From positions 32,001-96,000 of the forward strand of contig JBBRPR010000004.1 of NCBI GenBank assembly GCA_038227875.1: a stretch of DNA of 64,000 bases, written 5' to 3'. Positions 19,258-29,020 of this stretch are shown in pieces. Under the pieces are notes generated by a model, which saw nothing but the letters and a program-made list of their open reading frames with translations, was not told the DNA's origin and searched no databases. The translations under genes and the position numbers were made by a program. Position 1 is the first letter of the stretch, and each line of letters starts with the position of its first letter. This DNA is from Planctomycetota bacterium. Its GTDB lineage: Bacteria > Planctomycetota > SZUA-567 > H5-PLA8.

Positions 19258-19707
19258 ATGAATGACGAACCGAATCTGAACGATCCGAAACTGATACGCG
19301 CCGGCGAATCGGTCGCCCGGCTATCCCGGCCTCAACCGCCGGCAGGCCTGGCTGCCCGTACGCTGGCGCGGATCTCTGCTTCCTACCAGAAGCCGATCAA
19401 GAAAGTCTTCTGGATGCTGCGCCCGATCACGCACCCGGTGGCTCGCGTTGCCGCGGCCGCGATGATCATTTACGCGCTGGCCCCGATGACCGACCTCGAT
19501 GTGGCCTCGCAGCTGGGCGTGCAGATCGAACGCCACGTCACCGGACACGTTTTCGAAAATCACGTCGAAGCGCTGGTCGACAGTGTCATCAGCAGCCCCG
19601 GCGATTCGCAGCCGTACCTGGATTCGTTCATGGGCGTACAGCGCACGAATTCGAACGCGAATGGCTCCCGCCACGCGAATGTCCGCCACACGCGCACGGG
19701 CACGTAA
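19258..19707 (+). CDS. Small membrane protein downstream of ECF sigma, putative anti-sigma factor
   Basis: GAGGTG RBS, PPAGLAARTLARI motif and one hydrophobic segment. Position directly after the sigma gene. Confidence 0.6.
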   Translation: MNDEPNLNDPKLIRAGESVARLSRPQPPAGLAARTLARISASYQKPIKKVFWMLRPITHPVARVAAAAMIIYALAPMTDLDVASQLGVQIERHVTGHVFENHVEALVDSVISSPGDSQPYLDSFMGVQRTNSNANGSRHANVRHTRTGT

Positions 19708-19710
19708 TCG

Positions 19711-19865
19711 AATTCAAAAGTAAAATTCAACTTTCAAAAACGCACGCGGATGGGCTGACGCCTTCCGCGTGCGGTTGTTTTGGCTCTTAGCTTTTGGCTC
19801 CTGTCGGTAATGCGTTGACTCACCGATAGGACTCCCAAGAGCCAAGAGCCAAGAGCTAAGAGCCA
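19711..19865. repeat. Hairpin plus inverted heptamer arrays (TTGGCTC)n / (CCAAGAG)n
   Basis: Stem CGCACGCGGA...TCCGCGTGCG at 19741-19772. Heptamers at 19780-19800 and 19835-19865. Confidence 0.75.
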
Positions 19866-19919
19866 GCCACGCCGTTTCACGTGTGCACCCGCCCCTGTCT
19901 CAGTCTGCGTCACTCCGCG

Positions 19920-19936
19920 TTGGCACGCCGATTGTA
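19920..19936 (+). promoter_or_regulatory. Candidate sigma54 (-24/-12) promoter
   Basis: TTGGCACG-CCGA-TTGTA versus consensus TGGCACG-N4-TTGCW; the -12 C is replaced by T. Confidence 0.5.
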
Positions 19937-20091
19937 TAAAGAACTTCCGAAGTAAAGCATCTGACCCAAAAAGTGACCGGGCAAGTCAGGCAAAGGGCGG
20001 GGGGGTGTCCCCACGTCGCGGAGATACTCTGTCCCTACGTGTGCAGGAGCGGGAAGAGAACAGATTGCAGTCAGCGAAAGGAGCTCTACCT

Positions 20092-20439
20092 ATGTCAGTC
20101 AACTTGAGTTTTGCTTCGGGATCCACCGGAATGGCCGCGCCGACTTATGCGGCGCCTGGCGCGCCGATGGCAGCGCCGGAGAAGCGAATCGACCAGCATC
20201 CGACATCGGCGACGAGCGTCACCTTTACGGTTGGCCAGTCGCTGGCGGATATCGAGCGCGAGATGATCATCAAGACGATGCAGTCGACGCGCGGCAACCG
20301 CACCCGCGCCGCGAAGCTGCTCGGAATCAGCGTCCGCACGCTGTACACGAAGCTGTTGAAGATTGAAGGCGAGACGGCCGGCGCGCCCGCCGGCAGCGCG
20401 ACGACCGCGCCAGTCGAAGCGCACCAGCGCTCGGCGTAA
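20092..20439 (+). CDS. Stand-alone Fis-type (HTH_8) DNA-binding protein
   Basis: SLADIEREMI..T.....GNRTRAAKLLGISVRTLYTKL. AAGGAG RBS before ATG 20092. Confidence 0.85.
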   Translation: MSVNLSFASGSTGMAAPTYAAPGAPMAAPEKRIDQHPTSATSVTFTVGQSLADIEREMIIKTMQSTRGNRTRAAKLLGISVRTLYTKLLKIEGETAGAPAGSATTAPVEAHQRSA

Positions 20440-20478
20440 CCGTCTGCGCCGACTTGTGCCGCTGTTCACTTTTTGCAG

Positions 20479-20529
20479 TGAAACGGCGAGCGAAAGCCCT
20501 ACCCGCGGGGCTTTTGCTCGCCGTTTTCA
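20479..20529 (+). terminator. Intrinsic terminator-like hairpin
   Basis: AAACGGCGAGCGAAAGCCC...GGGCTTTTGCTCGCCGTTTT. Confidence 0.65.
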
Positions 20530-20650
20530 TTTTCAATTTTCTAGTTCGAAATTACATGGCGCTGAAATAGGGCGAAGATTTTGGGCCTGGGTGTCAAGGA
20601 GCAAGCAAATTGCCGCTTGCTCCTTGACACCCACCCGCTGGATTGAGCTG

Positions 20651-21397
20651 TTATGAGTTGCCTAACCGTCCCGCGTACGTGCGCTTCACATCAAAGTCCC
20701 CGCGCTTGTGGTCCGGCGCGCCGGGAAGATATTCGGTGCGGTTACCGATGCCGTTGGTGCTGCTTTGCGTGCCGCGGTATTCCAGGCCGATCTTCTTGCC
20801 GTCGGCGGCTGTGACCCAGCGCACGAAAATCACGCTGTGGCCGGAACTGCCGTGCCATAGCCGGATGAAGTCTCCCGGCTGAGCGTCGAGCAGCGGAACT
20901 TCGTGGCCGATGCCCAGCCACTGCAGCGCGAAGATCTGCTGCTTCTCGCGGGACTTGGGCGTGTTGGCGTACCAATGCTGCTGAAACGCGCGGATCTGTT
21001 CGGCGGACTTGCCTTCCAGCAGCCCTGCTTCTGAAGCAGCGCGCATCACTACCGCGAACGTGAACCCGCAGCAGTACGTCCCGCGCCTGGACTTCGAGAG
21101 AATCTTCTCTCCGTTGAATTTGATCTCTTCGGGCGTGCCGGTCCCGCCGTCCCAGTTGAATCCGCCGCCATCGGGAAACGCCGCCGCGATCTTCAGCACG
21201 TTGGGTCCGGGGAGCGGTTTCGGCACCGCGGCGGAGACGGGAGCAGGCGCTGGATTCGTCGCGGGTTCACTCTTCGCAGCGAGCGGCGGTGTTTTGGGCG
21301 GTTCGACGTCGGACTTCTGGAACGAGCGGTAGACGGGCATCACGGCCAATCCGACCAGCAGTCCGAATGAAAATGTAATGAACGTGGGACGCGACAT
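20651..21397 (-). CDS. Exported protein with putative papain/NlpC-P60-like Cys-His dyad
   Basis: N-terminal TM, Pro-rich linker, TYCCGFTF, QPGDFI and GHSVIF. Confidence 0.55.
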   Translation of the reverse strand: MSRPTFITFSFGLLVGLAVMPVYRSFQKSDVEPPKTPPLAAKSEPATNPAPAPVSAAVPKPLPGPNVLKIAAAFPDGGGFNWDGGTGTPEEIKFNGEKILSKSRRGTYCCGFTFAVVMRAASEAGLLEGKSAEQIRAFQQHWYANTPKSREKQQIFALQWLGIGHEVPLLDAQPGDFIRLWHGSSGHSVIFVRWVTAADGKKIGLEYRGTQSSTNGIGNRTEYLPGAPDHKRGDFDVKRTYAGRLGNS

Positions 21398-21636
21398 GAC
21401 GAATGACCCTCCTCCGAGCTAATCCGGTATCGTCGCGTTGCGCGCTGAGGTGTAGCCCTCAGTACGAAAGTGAACCGTGCGGCCTGCGGCCGAGGGGTCA
21501 GGGGTCAGGAGTCAGAGTAGAGCTGTCGCACGGACGGGCTCGCGTTCGACATTCTGTGATTTCCATTTGTCATTTTTTCGCCTAAATCGAAAATCAAAAG
21601 CGTCAAGCATTCTCTTTTCAACAGACCGGAGGCGTC

Positions 21637-23028
21637 ATGGTATTTCGAACGGAAATGGATTCACTGGGTCCCGTGCAGGTTCCCGCGGAAGCGTATTGGG
21701 GCGCGCAGACGCAACGCGCGGTGGAAAATTTTCCCATCAGCGGACTGCCGCTGCCGCAGCGCTTCATCCGCGCGCTGGCGTTGATCAAAAAAGCGTGGGC
21801 GCAGGTGAACCTGGAGCAGAAGCTGCTCGACGAGAAGGTGGCCAAGGCGATCATCCAGGCCTCCGACGAAGTCGCTTCGGGAAAACTCGGCGCGCAGTTT
21901 CCGGTCGATGTCTTCCAGACCGGATCGGCGACCTCCACGAACATGAACGCCAATGAAGTGATTTCCAACCGCGCGATCGAAATCCTGGGCGGCGAACGCG
22001 GCAGCAAAAAGCCCGTTCACCCCAACGATCATGTCAACAAGAGCCAGTCGTCGAACGACATCATCCCCACCGCGCTCCACGTCGCGGCGCTGGACTCCGT
22101 TGAGAACGACCTGATCCCCGCGCTGAAATACCTGCACGCCGCGCTGGCGGAAAAGGCGCGCGAGTTCGATGACATCGTCAAGATCGGCCGCACGCATCTG
22201 ATGGACGCCGTCCCGCTGCGCCTGGGCCAGGAATTCGGCGGCTACGCTTCGCAGCTCGAACATTCCATCGGTCGCGCGGAGAGCATCAAGAAGAACCTCG
22301 GCGAACTGGCGCTCGGCGGAACGGCCGTCGGCACGGGGATCAACGCCGATCCGAAACTTCCGCCGCTGGTGATCGCCAAGGTCGCCGCGGAGATGAAGCT
22401 GCCGCTGCGGCAGGCTCCGAACCTCTTCGAAGCTCTCGGCGCCCGTGACGCATCCGTCGAAGCGTCCGGCGTGTTGAAGACCATCGCCGTCTCGCTGATG
22501 AAAGTGGCCAACGACATCCGCCTGCTGGGTTCCGGCCCGCGCTGCGGTATCGGTGAAATCGTGCTGCCGGATCTGCAGCCGGGATCGAGCATCATGCCCG
22601 GCAAGGTCAACCCGGTGATGCCGGAAATGCTGACCATGGTCGCCTGCCAGGTGATCGGCTGTGACGCGGCGATCACGGCCGGCGGACTGCAGGGGCACTT
22701 CGAGCTCAATACCTTCAAGCCGCTGATCGCCTACAACCTGCTCTTCGCGACGCAGATTCTCTCCAATGGCTGCCGCGCCTTTGCGGACAAGTGCGTGAAG
22801 GGCCTCGTCGCCGATAGGGAACGCTGCGCAGAACTCGTCGAGAAGAGTTTAATGCTCGGCACCGCGCTGAATGGCAAGATCGGCTACGACGCCGCCGCGA
22901 AGCTCGCCCAGGAAGCGCACAAAACCGGCAAGACCGTGCGCCAGCTGGCCACGGAAAAGAAGCTCATGCCCGCCGACGAGCTCAACCGTCTGCTGGACGT
23001 CCGCAAGATGACCGAGCCCGGGGCGTAG
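21637..23028 (+). CDS. fumC: Fumarate hydratase class II
   Basis: WGAQTQR, FQTGSATSTNMNANEV, GRTHLMDA and GSSIMPGKVNP. GGAGG RBS. Confidence 0.96.
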   Translation: MVFRTEMDSLGPVQVPAEAYWGAQTQRAVENFPISGLPLPQRFIRALALIKKAWAQVNLEQKLLDEKVAKAIIQASDEVASGKLGAQFPVDVFQTGSATSTNMNANEVISNRAIEILGGERGSKKPVHPNDHVNKSQSSNDIIPTALHVAALDSVENDLIPALKYLHAALAEKAREFDDIVKIGRTHLMDAVPLRLGQEFGGYASQLEHSIGRAESIKKNLGELALGGTAVGTGINADPKLPPLVIAKVAAEMKLPLRQAPNLFEALGARDASVEASGVLKTIAVSLMKVANDIRLLGSGPRCGIGEIVLPDLQPGSSIMPGKVNPVMPEMLTMVACQVIGCDAAITAGGLQGHFELNTFKPLIAYNLLFATQILSNGCRAFADKCVKGLVADRERCAELVEKSLMLGTALNGKIGYDAAAKLAQEAHKTGKTVRQLATEKKLMPADELNRLLDVRKMTEPGA

Positions 23029-23040
23029 CGCGGCGTAGCC

Positions 23041-23217
23041 GCGAGGGGTCAGGGGTTAGGGGCCAAGGGTCAGAATAGAGCGCGCGCACGAGGTATTCGT
23101 GCGCGCGTTTTGCTTTTGGGCCAGCTGCCACTGCTTTCGCTCTCTCAAAAGCAAACCGCGCACACGACCTCCCGTGCACGCGCACTCTATTCTGACCCCT
23201 GGCCCCTGACCCCTCGC
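23041..23217. repeat. ~177-bp imperfect palindrome with GGGGTCA-type heptamer ends
   Basis: The left arm GCGAGGGGTCAGGGG...CAGAATAGAG pairs with the right arm CTCTATTCTGACCCCT...GACCCCTCGC. Confidence 0.8.
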
Positions 23218-23231
23218 CGCGTCAGCGGCGC

Positions 23232-23951
23232 TTACTTCGCGGGCATGCCGGTGAGTTTGCCGAACTTTTCCGGGTGGTGGGAGCTGTCGTTGTAGACGGG
23301 GGACCAATAGGTGAGTTCGCCGGCGGCGGGGCGGTGGCGGACGACATTGAAGGCCCACTTCGCGGCGAAATTCGGCGATTGCGTGTAGATGGTGAAGGGT
23401 AGGGCGAGGGTGCAGGTCCAATTGTCCTTGTTGATCTTCACGGCGGTCTTGTATTCGGGGTTCCACGATTTGTCCGGACTGCTGGGGCTGGGCAGGAAGC
23501 CGTCCCACGTGACGCCTTTGGAATTCACGATCAACTGGTAGTACGTCTCACGCTTGCCGGACGGATCGATGAACACTTCGACCGTGTCGTCGCCCCAGAT
23601 GTTGTCTTCGTCGTGGCCCTTGCCGTCGGCTTTGAGTTTCTTCAAGGCTTCTTCGCTTTCGAAACATTCGACGGCGACATAGAGCGCCGTGTTGTCCCGG
23701 GTGACGTAGACCTTGGTGTGGCCCTTGGCCTTGCTGCCTTCCTTCAGGAAGAACGCCTCGGAAGTCGCGGCTTCTTTCCACGCGGGGCTCTCCAGCGTGC
23801 CGTCGATCTTCGGCGCTTCTTTCGCCAGCGGAACTTTCAGTTCGGGGAGAATGCCTTCTTCGGCGTGGTCGTCGCCCGGTCCATCGGCGGCGGCGGCGAA
23901 GAGCGGTGTGATCAGGCAACAGGCAAGGGTGAAGACGAGCAGACTGCGCAT
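23232..23951 (-). CDS. Secreted CBM9-like (DOMON) sugar-binding protein
   Basis: Signal peptide, PKIDG.L....W, LYVAV.C, DD.VEVFIDP, YYQLIVNSKG and W.FNV.R. Confidence 0.8.
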   Translation of the reverse strand: MRSLLVFTLACCLITPLFAAAADGPGDDHAEEGILPELKVPLAKEAPKIDGTLESPAWKEAATSEAFFLKEGSKAKGHTKVYVTRDNTALYVAVECFESEEALKKLKADGKGHDEDNIWGDDTVEVFIDPSGKRETYYQLIVNSKGVTWDGFLPSPSSPDKSWNPEYKTAVKINKDNWTCTLALPFTIYTQSPNFAAKWAFNVVRHRPAAGELTYWSPVYNDSSHHPEKFGKLTGMPAK

Positions 23952-24090
23952 GCGGGTTCTCCATTTAAAGCGCGCGACACCAACTTCATTCATCCCATAC
24001 ACGCCGGAACGGCGATGCTAGCGCGAATTCGAAGCGAAAAAGTAAAAATCAATCTCCGTACGAACCACCCGACCATTATAGTAGCAAGCG

Positions 24091-24714
24091 ATGAAAGTGC
24101 CTAAAAAACACAACCCGTATCTTGCTCCGCTCATTGAAGCCGCGATCTATCTGATTCCCATTTTGCTGCTCACACTATCCAATTTTCGAGTCTCGCGCAC
24201 GCTTTCAGCAGCTATGAAGAATCCAAAGTATGTGCTCCCTGCCATTGGGTTATTTCCGCTGCTGATCGTTTGGCAGGTGCGGCGCCGAAAGCTTCGTTAC
24301 ACTCTCGCCGATTTGAGTGCTGCATTTCTGGGATTCGGTGCCACGCTGATTCCGCTTGATTATCTGTCGCAGAAATTCAACTATCCGCTTCGGGAATACC
24401 TGGTGATCGTGCTGTACGTGGAAATCATGATCGGCTTCGGCTTTCTCTCGGCCTTGAAAAATCGCAATCTCCTCCAGGAACGCGCCGTCGCGCTGCGCTG
24501 GCTGATCTTCGCGGCGTTTCTCATGGCGCCGGCGACGGCGCTTCCCGCGCTCTATGCGACTATTGAACTCGTGATCAACAACGAGCTCTTTCACAACGAT
24601 TGGACCGGGATGCTGGCGTGGCTGGCGCTGATTCTTCCTGTCTTGATTTCAGTCTGGTTCCGTACGATTTTCAATGTCAGCAAAGTCGACGCCGAAGGCG
24701 CGCCGCGGGAGTAG
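24091..24714 (+). CDS. Hypothetical integral membrane protein
   Basis: About 6 hydrophobic segments; fills a gap between real genes. Confidence 0.65.
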   Translation: MKVPKKHNPYLAPLIEAAIYLIPILLLTLSNFRVSRTLSAAMKNPKYVLPAIGLFPLLIVWQVRRRKLRYTLADLSAAFLGFGATLIPLDYLSQKFNYPLREYLVIVLYVEIMIGFGFLSALKNRNLLQERAVALRWLIFAAFLMAPATALPALYATIELVINNELFHNDWTGMLAWLALILPVLISVWFRTIFNVSKVDAEGAPRE

Positions 24715-24855
24715 CGCGATTTACACCTTCCCAACGCGCTGACATGCGCAATACTCACCACTTGAATCATTGGGACTCGGGTTTGCTTTTACTCCGCGCC
24801 GAGCGCGATCACTGGATTGCGCGCTTCATTTAATCATTCTTCGAGAACCTCCGAC

Positions 24856-25767
24856 GTGGAAACCGTAAACAAAACCCGACGCTTGAAAATCCGCCACACC
24901 ACGACCTACGCCTACGACAAACCCGTGCAGCACAGCCTCCATGCGTTGCATCTGCGGCCGGTTCACGATTGGAAGCAGAGCGTCCTGTCACACGCGCTGA
25001 CGATCAGCCCGCACAATCCGCAGGTCGTCGAGTACGAAGACGTCTTCGGCAACTGGGGCGTCAACTTCGAACTCTTCGTGCCGTACACCAGCCTCACCCT
25101 GCACGCCGAATCGTTGGTGGAACTGCTCGACGTCGATCCGTTCGCCTTCACCAAGATGCTCAAGCGCCCGATATTTCCCGTTACCTGGATGCCGTGGGAG
25201 CAGAAGATGCTCGGGCCGTACCTGCAGCCGATGGAACTGCCCGACACGCAGCTGTTGGAAATTTACGACTACGCGCGGCAGTTCGTCAGCGACAACAAGT
25301 ACGATCTGCTCGAAGCGCTGTTCGCGATCAACCTTGAGTTCAAGAAATCGTACAAGTACGTGCCGGGTTCGACGCGCCACGAGACGACGCCGTACGAGGT
25401 GTACGTCAAGAAACAGGGCGTCTGCCAGGACTTCGCCGGACTGTTCATCCAGATGGCGCGGTTGCTGGGACTGCCGGCGCGCTATGTCTGCGGCTACATT
25501 TACACCGGCAACTTGAACGACGAGATGGCCGATGCCTCGCACGCGTGGCTGCAGGTGTACATTCCGAGCGTCGGCTGGAAAGGCTTCGATCCGACCAACG
25601 GTACGCTCCCCGACACCGACCACGTCCGCGTCGCGTATGGCCGCTACTACCGCGACACGACGCCGACGTCCGGCACGCTCTTTACCGCCGCCGCGGAGAC
25701 AATGACGGTGAAGGTGCGCGTGGAGGAAGAATTACCGACCACGGGAACGCCGGGAGCGACGAACTGA
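24856..25767 (+). CDS. Transglutaminase-like protein (Bact_transglu_N plus core)
   Basis: IRHTTTYAY, DVFGN, GVCQDFA, ARYVCGY, SHAW and GFDPTN. Confidence 0.9.
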   Translation: METVNKTRRLKIRHTTTYAYDKPVQHSLHALHLRPVHDWKQSVLSHALTISPHNPQVVEYEDVFGNWGVNFELFVPYTSLTLHAESLVELLDVDPFAFTKMLKRPIFPVTWMPWEQKMLGPYLQPMELPDTQLLEIYDYARQFVSDNKYDLLEALFAINLEFKKSYKYVPGSTRHETTPYEVYVKKQGVCQDFAGLFIQMARLLGLPARYVCGYIYTGNLNDEMADASHAWLQVYIPSVGWKGFDPTNGTLPDTDHVRVAYGRYYRDTTPTSGTLFTAAAETMTVKVRVEEELPTTGTPGATN

Positions 25768-25912
25768 ACGGCATTGCGGATTTCGGAATGCGGACTGCGG
25801 ATTAGATTGGGGACGTTGTGACTTAGATAGAGCTACGCGGTGCGGGGAACCTTACCGCAAATTTGCGGCATGGTTAGAAACCACCACTCTTTGGGAGTAG
25901 GAGCGGACTAAT

Positions 25913-26278
25913 TTGACACAGCGATCCACGCGACGGTGGTTTCAACTTCACTTGTCGACGATGGTGGTTGTGATGATTGTTGCGGGCGGATTGATGTGGG
26001 CTAATTTTCAGCGTCATGAGTCAACCGATATCACAGATGACGACGCAGGTAACCGGATAACCGTTCACACTCTGGAATGGGGTTGGCCATGGACGGCAAT
26101 GTATACGATCTATTGGACACCACTCGACGGCTCCGCAAAAGCCCTGTCCGTGGAGCAAATCCGTAGCTACAGGCCTGAATCCATATACGACGATCTATTC
26201 GTCGCGGCCCTGATTCTGGTGTTAACCGCAGCGCTTTTTGAATATCTTTTCCGCCGCCTTGAGCGTACGCGCTCGTAA
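25913..26278 (+). CDS. Small two-TM membrane protein with RRWFQLHLST N-terminal motif
   Basis: AGGAG RBS and TTG start. Two hydrophobic helices and a WGWPW motif. Confidence 0.7.
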   Translation: MTQRSTRRWFQLHLSTMVVVMIVAGGLMWANFQRHESTDITDDDAGNRITVHTLEWGWPWTAMYTIYWTPLDGSAKALSVEQIRSYRPESIYDDLFVAALILVLTAALFEYLFRRLERTRS

Positions 26279-26279
26279 A

Positions 26280-27644
26280 CTACTTCGCGTCCTTCCCCAC
26301 TTCCTTGTACGCGCCGTCGTTGTTCTGCGCGAGGGTTTCCAAAAACGCTTTCATGTCGGTGAGGTCCTCCTGCAGCAGCGCGGGCGGATCGCCGGCGGCT
26401 TTGCTGAAGATGCCGATCGCGTGGATGCGCACTTTCAGGAACTGGTTGATCCACGTGATCAAGCGGACCTGATCGGCGACCTTGATCTCCTTCGACCACG
26501 GGTTGGGACCGCCGTCGCTGACGAGGAAGACCGTCTCGCAACTGGTCGCGGTGACGATCTTCTGCAGCACTTCTTCGAAGGCTTCGGCCGTCTGCGTGCC
26601 GCCCTTGGGCACCAGCGTTTCCAGGAACGCCTTGGCGGCTTTCTTCATCGGTTCGGTCGCCTGGACCATCGGCGCGTCCTGCCAGCGCTTGGTGTGCGTC
26701 GAGAACGTGACGATGTTGAAGTACTGCTTGTCGTTCATGCGGCCGATCAGTTCCGACATTTCCTTCACCGCCGATTCCAGGCGATTGGGCTTGCCACCGG
26801 CGATCATGCTTCCGGAAACATCGAGGACGAAGACGATGCGGTTTTCGATCAGCGGGATTTCGTAGTACGACACTTCCGTTTTGTTCTTCAGCTCAAAGTT
26901 GTATTCGGGCCCCTGTGAACTTTTCGCTTCGAACGTTTTCTCGTTCTGATCCCACCAGCCCTTCCACGTGCCGGGATCGGGCGGATAGGTCAGCGCCGTG
27001 ATGGCGCGCAACGCACCGCAGGCTTCGTACATGCCGCGGCCGATCGCCTTCTCTTTGCACTCTTGCATGTATTTAATCAGCACCGGCACTGAGCGCTTGT
27101 CGGGAAGCTCGCCCAGCGCGCGGCAGACGGCAATCTGAACGGGCAGCGGTTCCTTTGTGACGGCCAGCGGCAACAGCTTGTCCACGGCGCCGGGAAATTT
27201 GTGGGCGGCGAGCACGTCGGCCATCGCGACTTTACAGCGATAATCCAGCGAAGGGCTGAGCGCCTTGGCGACGGCCGCATCGAATTCCGCGTTGCCTCCG
27301 GCCTTGCGCAGCGCGAAGCACAATTCCGCCATCACTTCCGGGCCGACGCGCTGAAAGTTGGTCGCGTAGATTTTGTAGCTTTCGGTCGAGACGTTTTTGG
27401 CGATCTGGTCTTCCAGATTGCAAATGAGCAGTTCGAGATTGCGGCGCGGCGGGCCGTTGATGATGGACGAAGCCTTGGCCGTGACTTCCGCGACCTGAGC
27501 CAGCAGCATCGACGCGCCAGCCGCGTTGTCGTCCTTTGGAGTACGGATGCGGCTGACGAGCTTTTCATACTCGTTCTCGCCCGCTACCGCCTGGTGAAAT
27601 AGACCCGTGAGCAAAACCAGACACACCACACCGGCTCGGAACAT
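26280..27644 (-). CDS. Exported HEAT-repeat plus VWA-domain protein
   Basis: Signal peptide, HEAT-like ALGEL...SVPVLI repeats, MIDAS DVSGS, GGT.T and VSDG. Confidence 0.85.
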   Translation of the reverse strand: MFRAGVVCLVLLTGLFHQAVAGENEYEKLVSRIRTPKDDNAAGASMLLAQVAEVTAKASSIINGPPRRNLELLICNLEDQIAKNVSTESYKIYATNFQRVGPEVMAELCFALRKAGGNAEFDAAVAKALSPSLDYRCKVAMADVLAAHKFPGAVDKLLPLAVTKEPLPVQIAVCRALGELPDKRSVPVLIKYMQECKEKAIGRGMYEACGALRAITALTYPPDPGTWKGWWDQNEKTFEAKSSQGPEYNFELKNKTEVSYYEIPLIENRIVFVLDVSGSMIAGGKPNRLESAVKEMSELIGRMNDKQYFNIVTFSTHTKRWQDAPMVQATEPMKKAAKAFLETLVPKGGTQTAEAFEEVLQKIVTATSCETVFLVSDGGPNPWSKEIKVADQVRLITWINQFLKVRIHAIGIFSKAAGDPPALLQEDLTDMKAFLETLAQNNDGAYKEVGKDAK

Positions 27645-28020
27645 AGATTTCCTCCCTTATAAGATTTCCACTCAACGTCCTCTGTGAGCCGGAAAGCGAG
27701 CGCGCCGAGCCGTCGAGAATCAGGAGCATGCGGTGGGTGCGTCATGTGCAATGCGTTTTGCCGTAACGTGCACATCCCGAGTTCGTTAGTCGCACACACG
27801 AGCGATTTACTGCCGCCTGCCGTCTGTTTACTTACCCGAAAACAAATTTGCGTACGACCACTCCTTGCGCACACTTTATTCTGTCCCCGCCGGGCTCCTC
27901 CGCGCCCGCGCGGCATGTGCATATAACTATGACAGCACGGTGTACACACCCCGGATTGGCGCGGCGCTATAGTTCCTCTTGTCGAAAAATGCAGCGCCAT
28001 GACAATTAAACGTTGAGGAA

Positions 28021-28875
28021 ATGAAGACCATGTCCATGCTCACCGCCTGCGTCGAAGCGATCAAGATCGAATGCCTGCCGACCGAGAAGGATGTCGCGTT
28101 TTACCAGGAGAACGGGTACTGGACGTCGCCCAAGATTTTCAGCGACGAAGAACTGGCGGCGCTGCGCGAGCATCAGGATCTGGTCTACAACGGCGTGCAC
28201 GAAACGGGCAAGCAGCCCTGGCATGGCGGCTGGAAATTCAACGCCAAGCGGCCTCTGGAAATCCGCAAGACCGACAATTCGCACTGGGCCGATCTGACCA
28301 TTCGCAAAGCCGTGCTGAACGCCACCGTCGGCGCGATCTCGGCGAAGCTCCATGGCGTCGACACCGTGCGCCTCTGGCACGACCAGCTGCTCTACAAGCC
28401 CAACGGCGGCGAACAGACGGGCAACGTCGGCTGGCACCAGGACTATGGCTACTGGCGCGCGTGCAAGGAACCGAATCTGACCACCGCCACCCTGGCGCTC
28501 GTTAATCTCACCACCGACAACGGCTGCCTGGAAGTTGTCCCCGGTAGCCACAAGCGCGGCCTGCTCGCGGCCAGCGATTTCTTCAATCAGGATATGGACG
28601 GACTGAAGCAGCGCATCGAAGCCGAAAGCGGGCAGGCGATGCTTCCCGTCGCGATGCCGATGAAGGCCGGCCAGGTCGGCTTCCACCACTGCCTGACGAT
28701 CCACGGCAGCGGCGCCAACCGCAGCAACGCTCCGCGCCGGACGATCGCCGTGCATCAAATGTGCGGTGTGATCCACCGCAGCATCAACGGCAAGCACATG
28801 AACACGGAGATCGTCGAGCTCGCCGACGGCGCGCCGTTTGTCAATCCGGCGTTTCCGGTAATGTACGGCGTGTGA
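28021..28875 (+). CDS. Phytanoyl-CoA dioxygenase family (Fe/2OG) protein
   Basis: WHQD, NGCL.VVPGSH and HGSGAN.S..PRR. Confidence 0.88.
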   Translation: MKTMSMLTACVEAIKIECLPTEKDVAFYQENGYWTSPKIFSDEELAALREHQDLVYNGVHETGKQPWHGGWKFNAKRPLEIRKTDNSHWADLTIRKAVLNATVGAISAKLHGVDTVRLWHDQLLYKPNGGEQTGNVGWHQDYGYWRACKEPNLTTATLALVNLTTDNGCLEVVPGSHKRGLLAASDFFNQDMDGLKQRIEAESGQAMLPVAMPMKAGQVGFHHCLTIHGSGANRSNAPRRTIAVHQMCGVIHRSINGKHMNTEIVELADGAPFVNPAFPVMYGV

Positions 28876-29020
28876 ACAGCGTTGCGGATTGCGGATTGGA
28901 GATTGGGCACGCTTGGGGATGAGCGTGCCCAATTTCGTTTCTAGAATCTCATCCATGAAATTTCAGCGCATCGACCATGCGACGCGCACCCATCTAATCC
29001 GCAATGCAGTTCGTGGCCGT

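Noticed and set aside
19873..19888. Third parS site (CGTTTCACGTGTGCAC)
   Set aside because: The right half does not match the consensus and the site is not palindromic.
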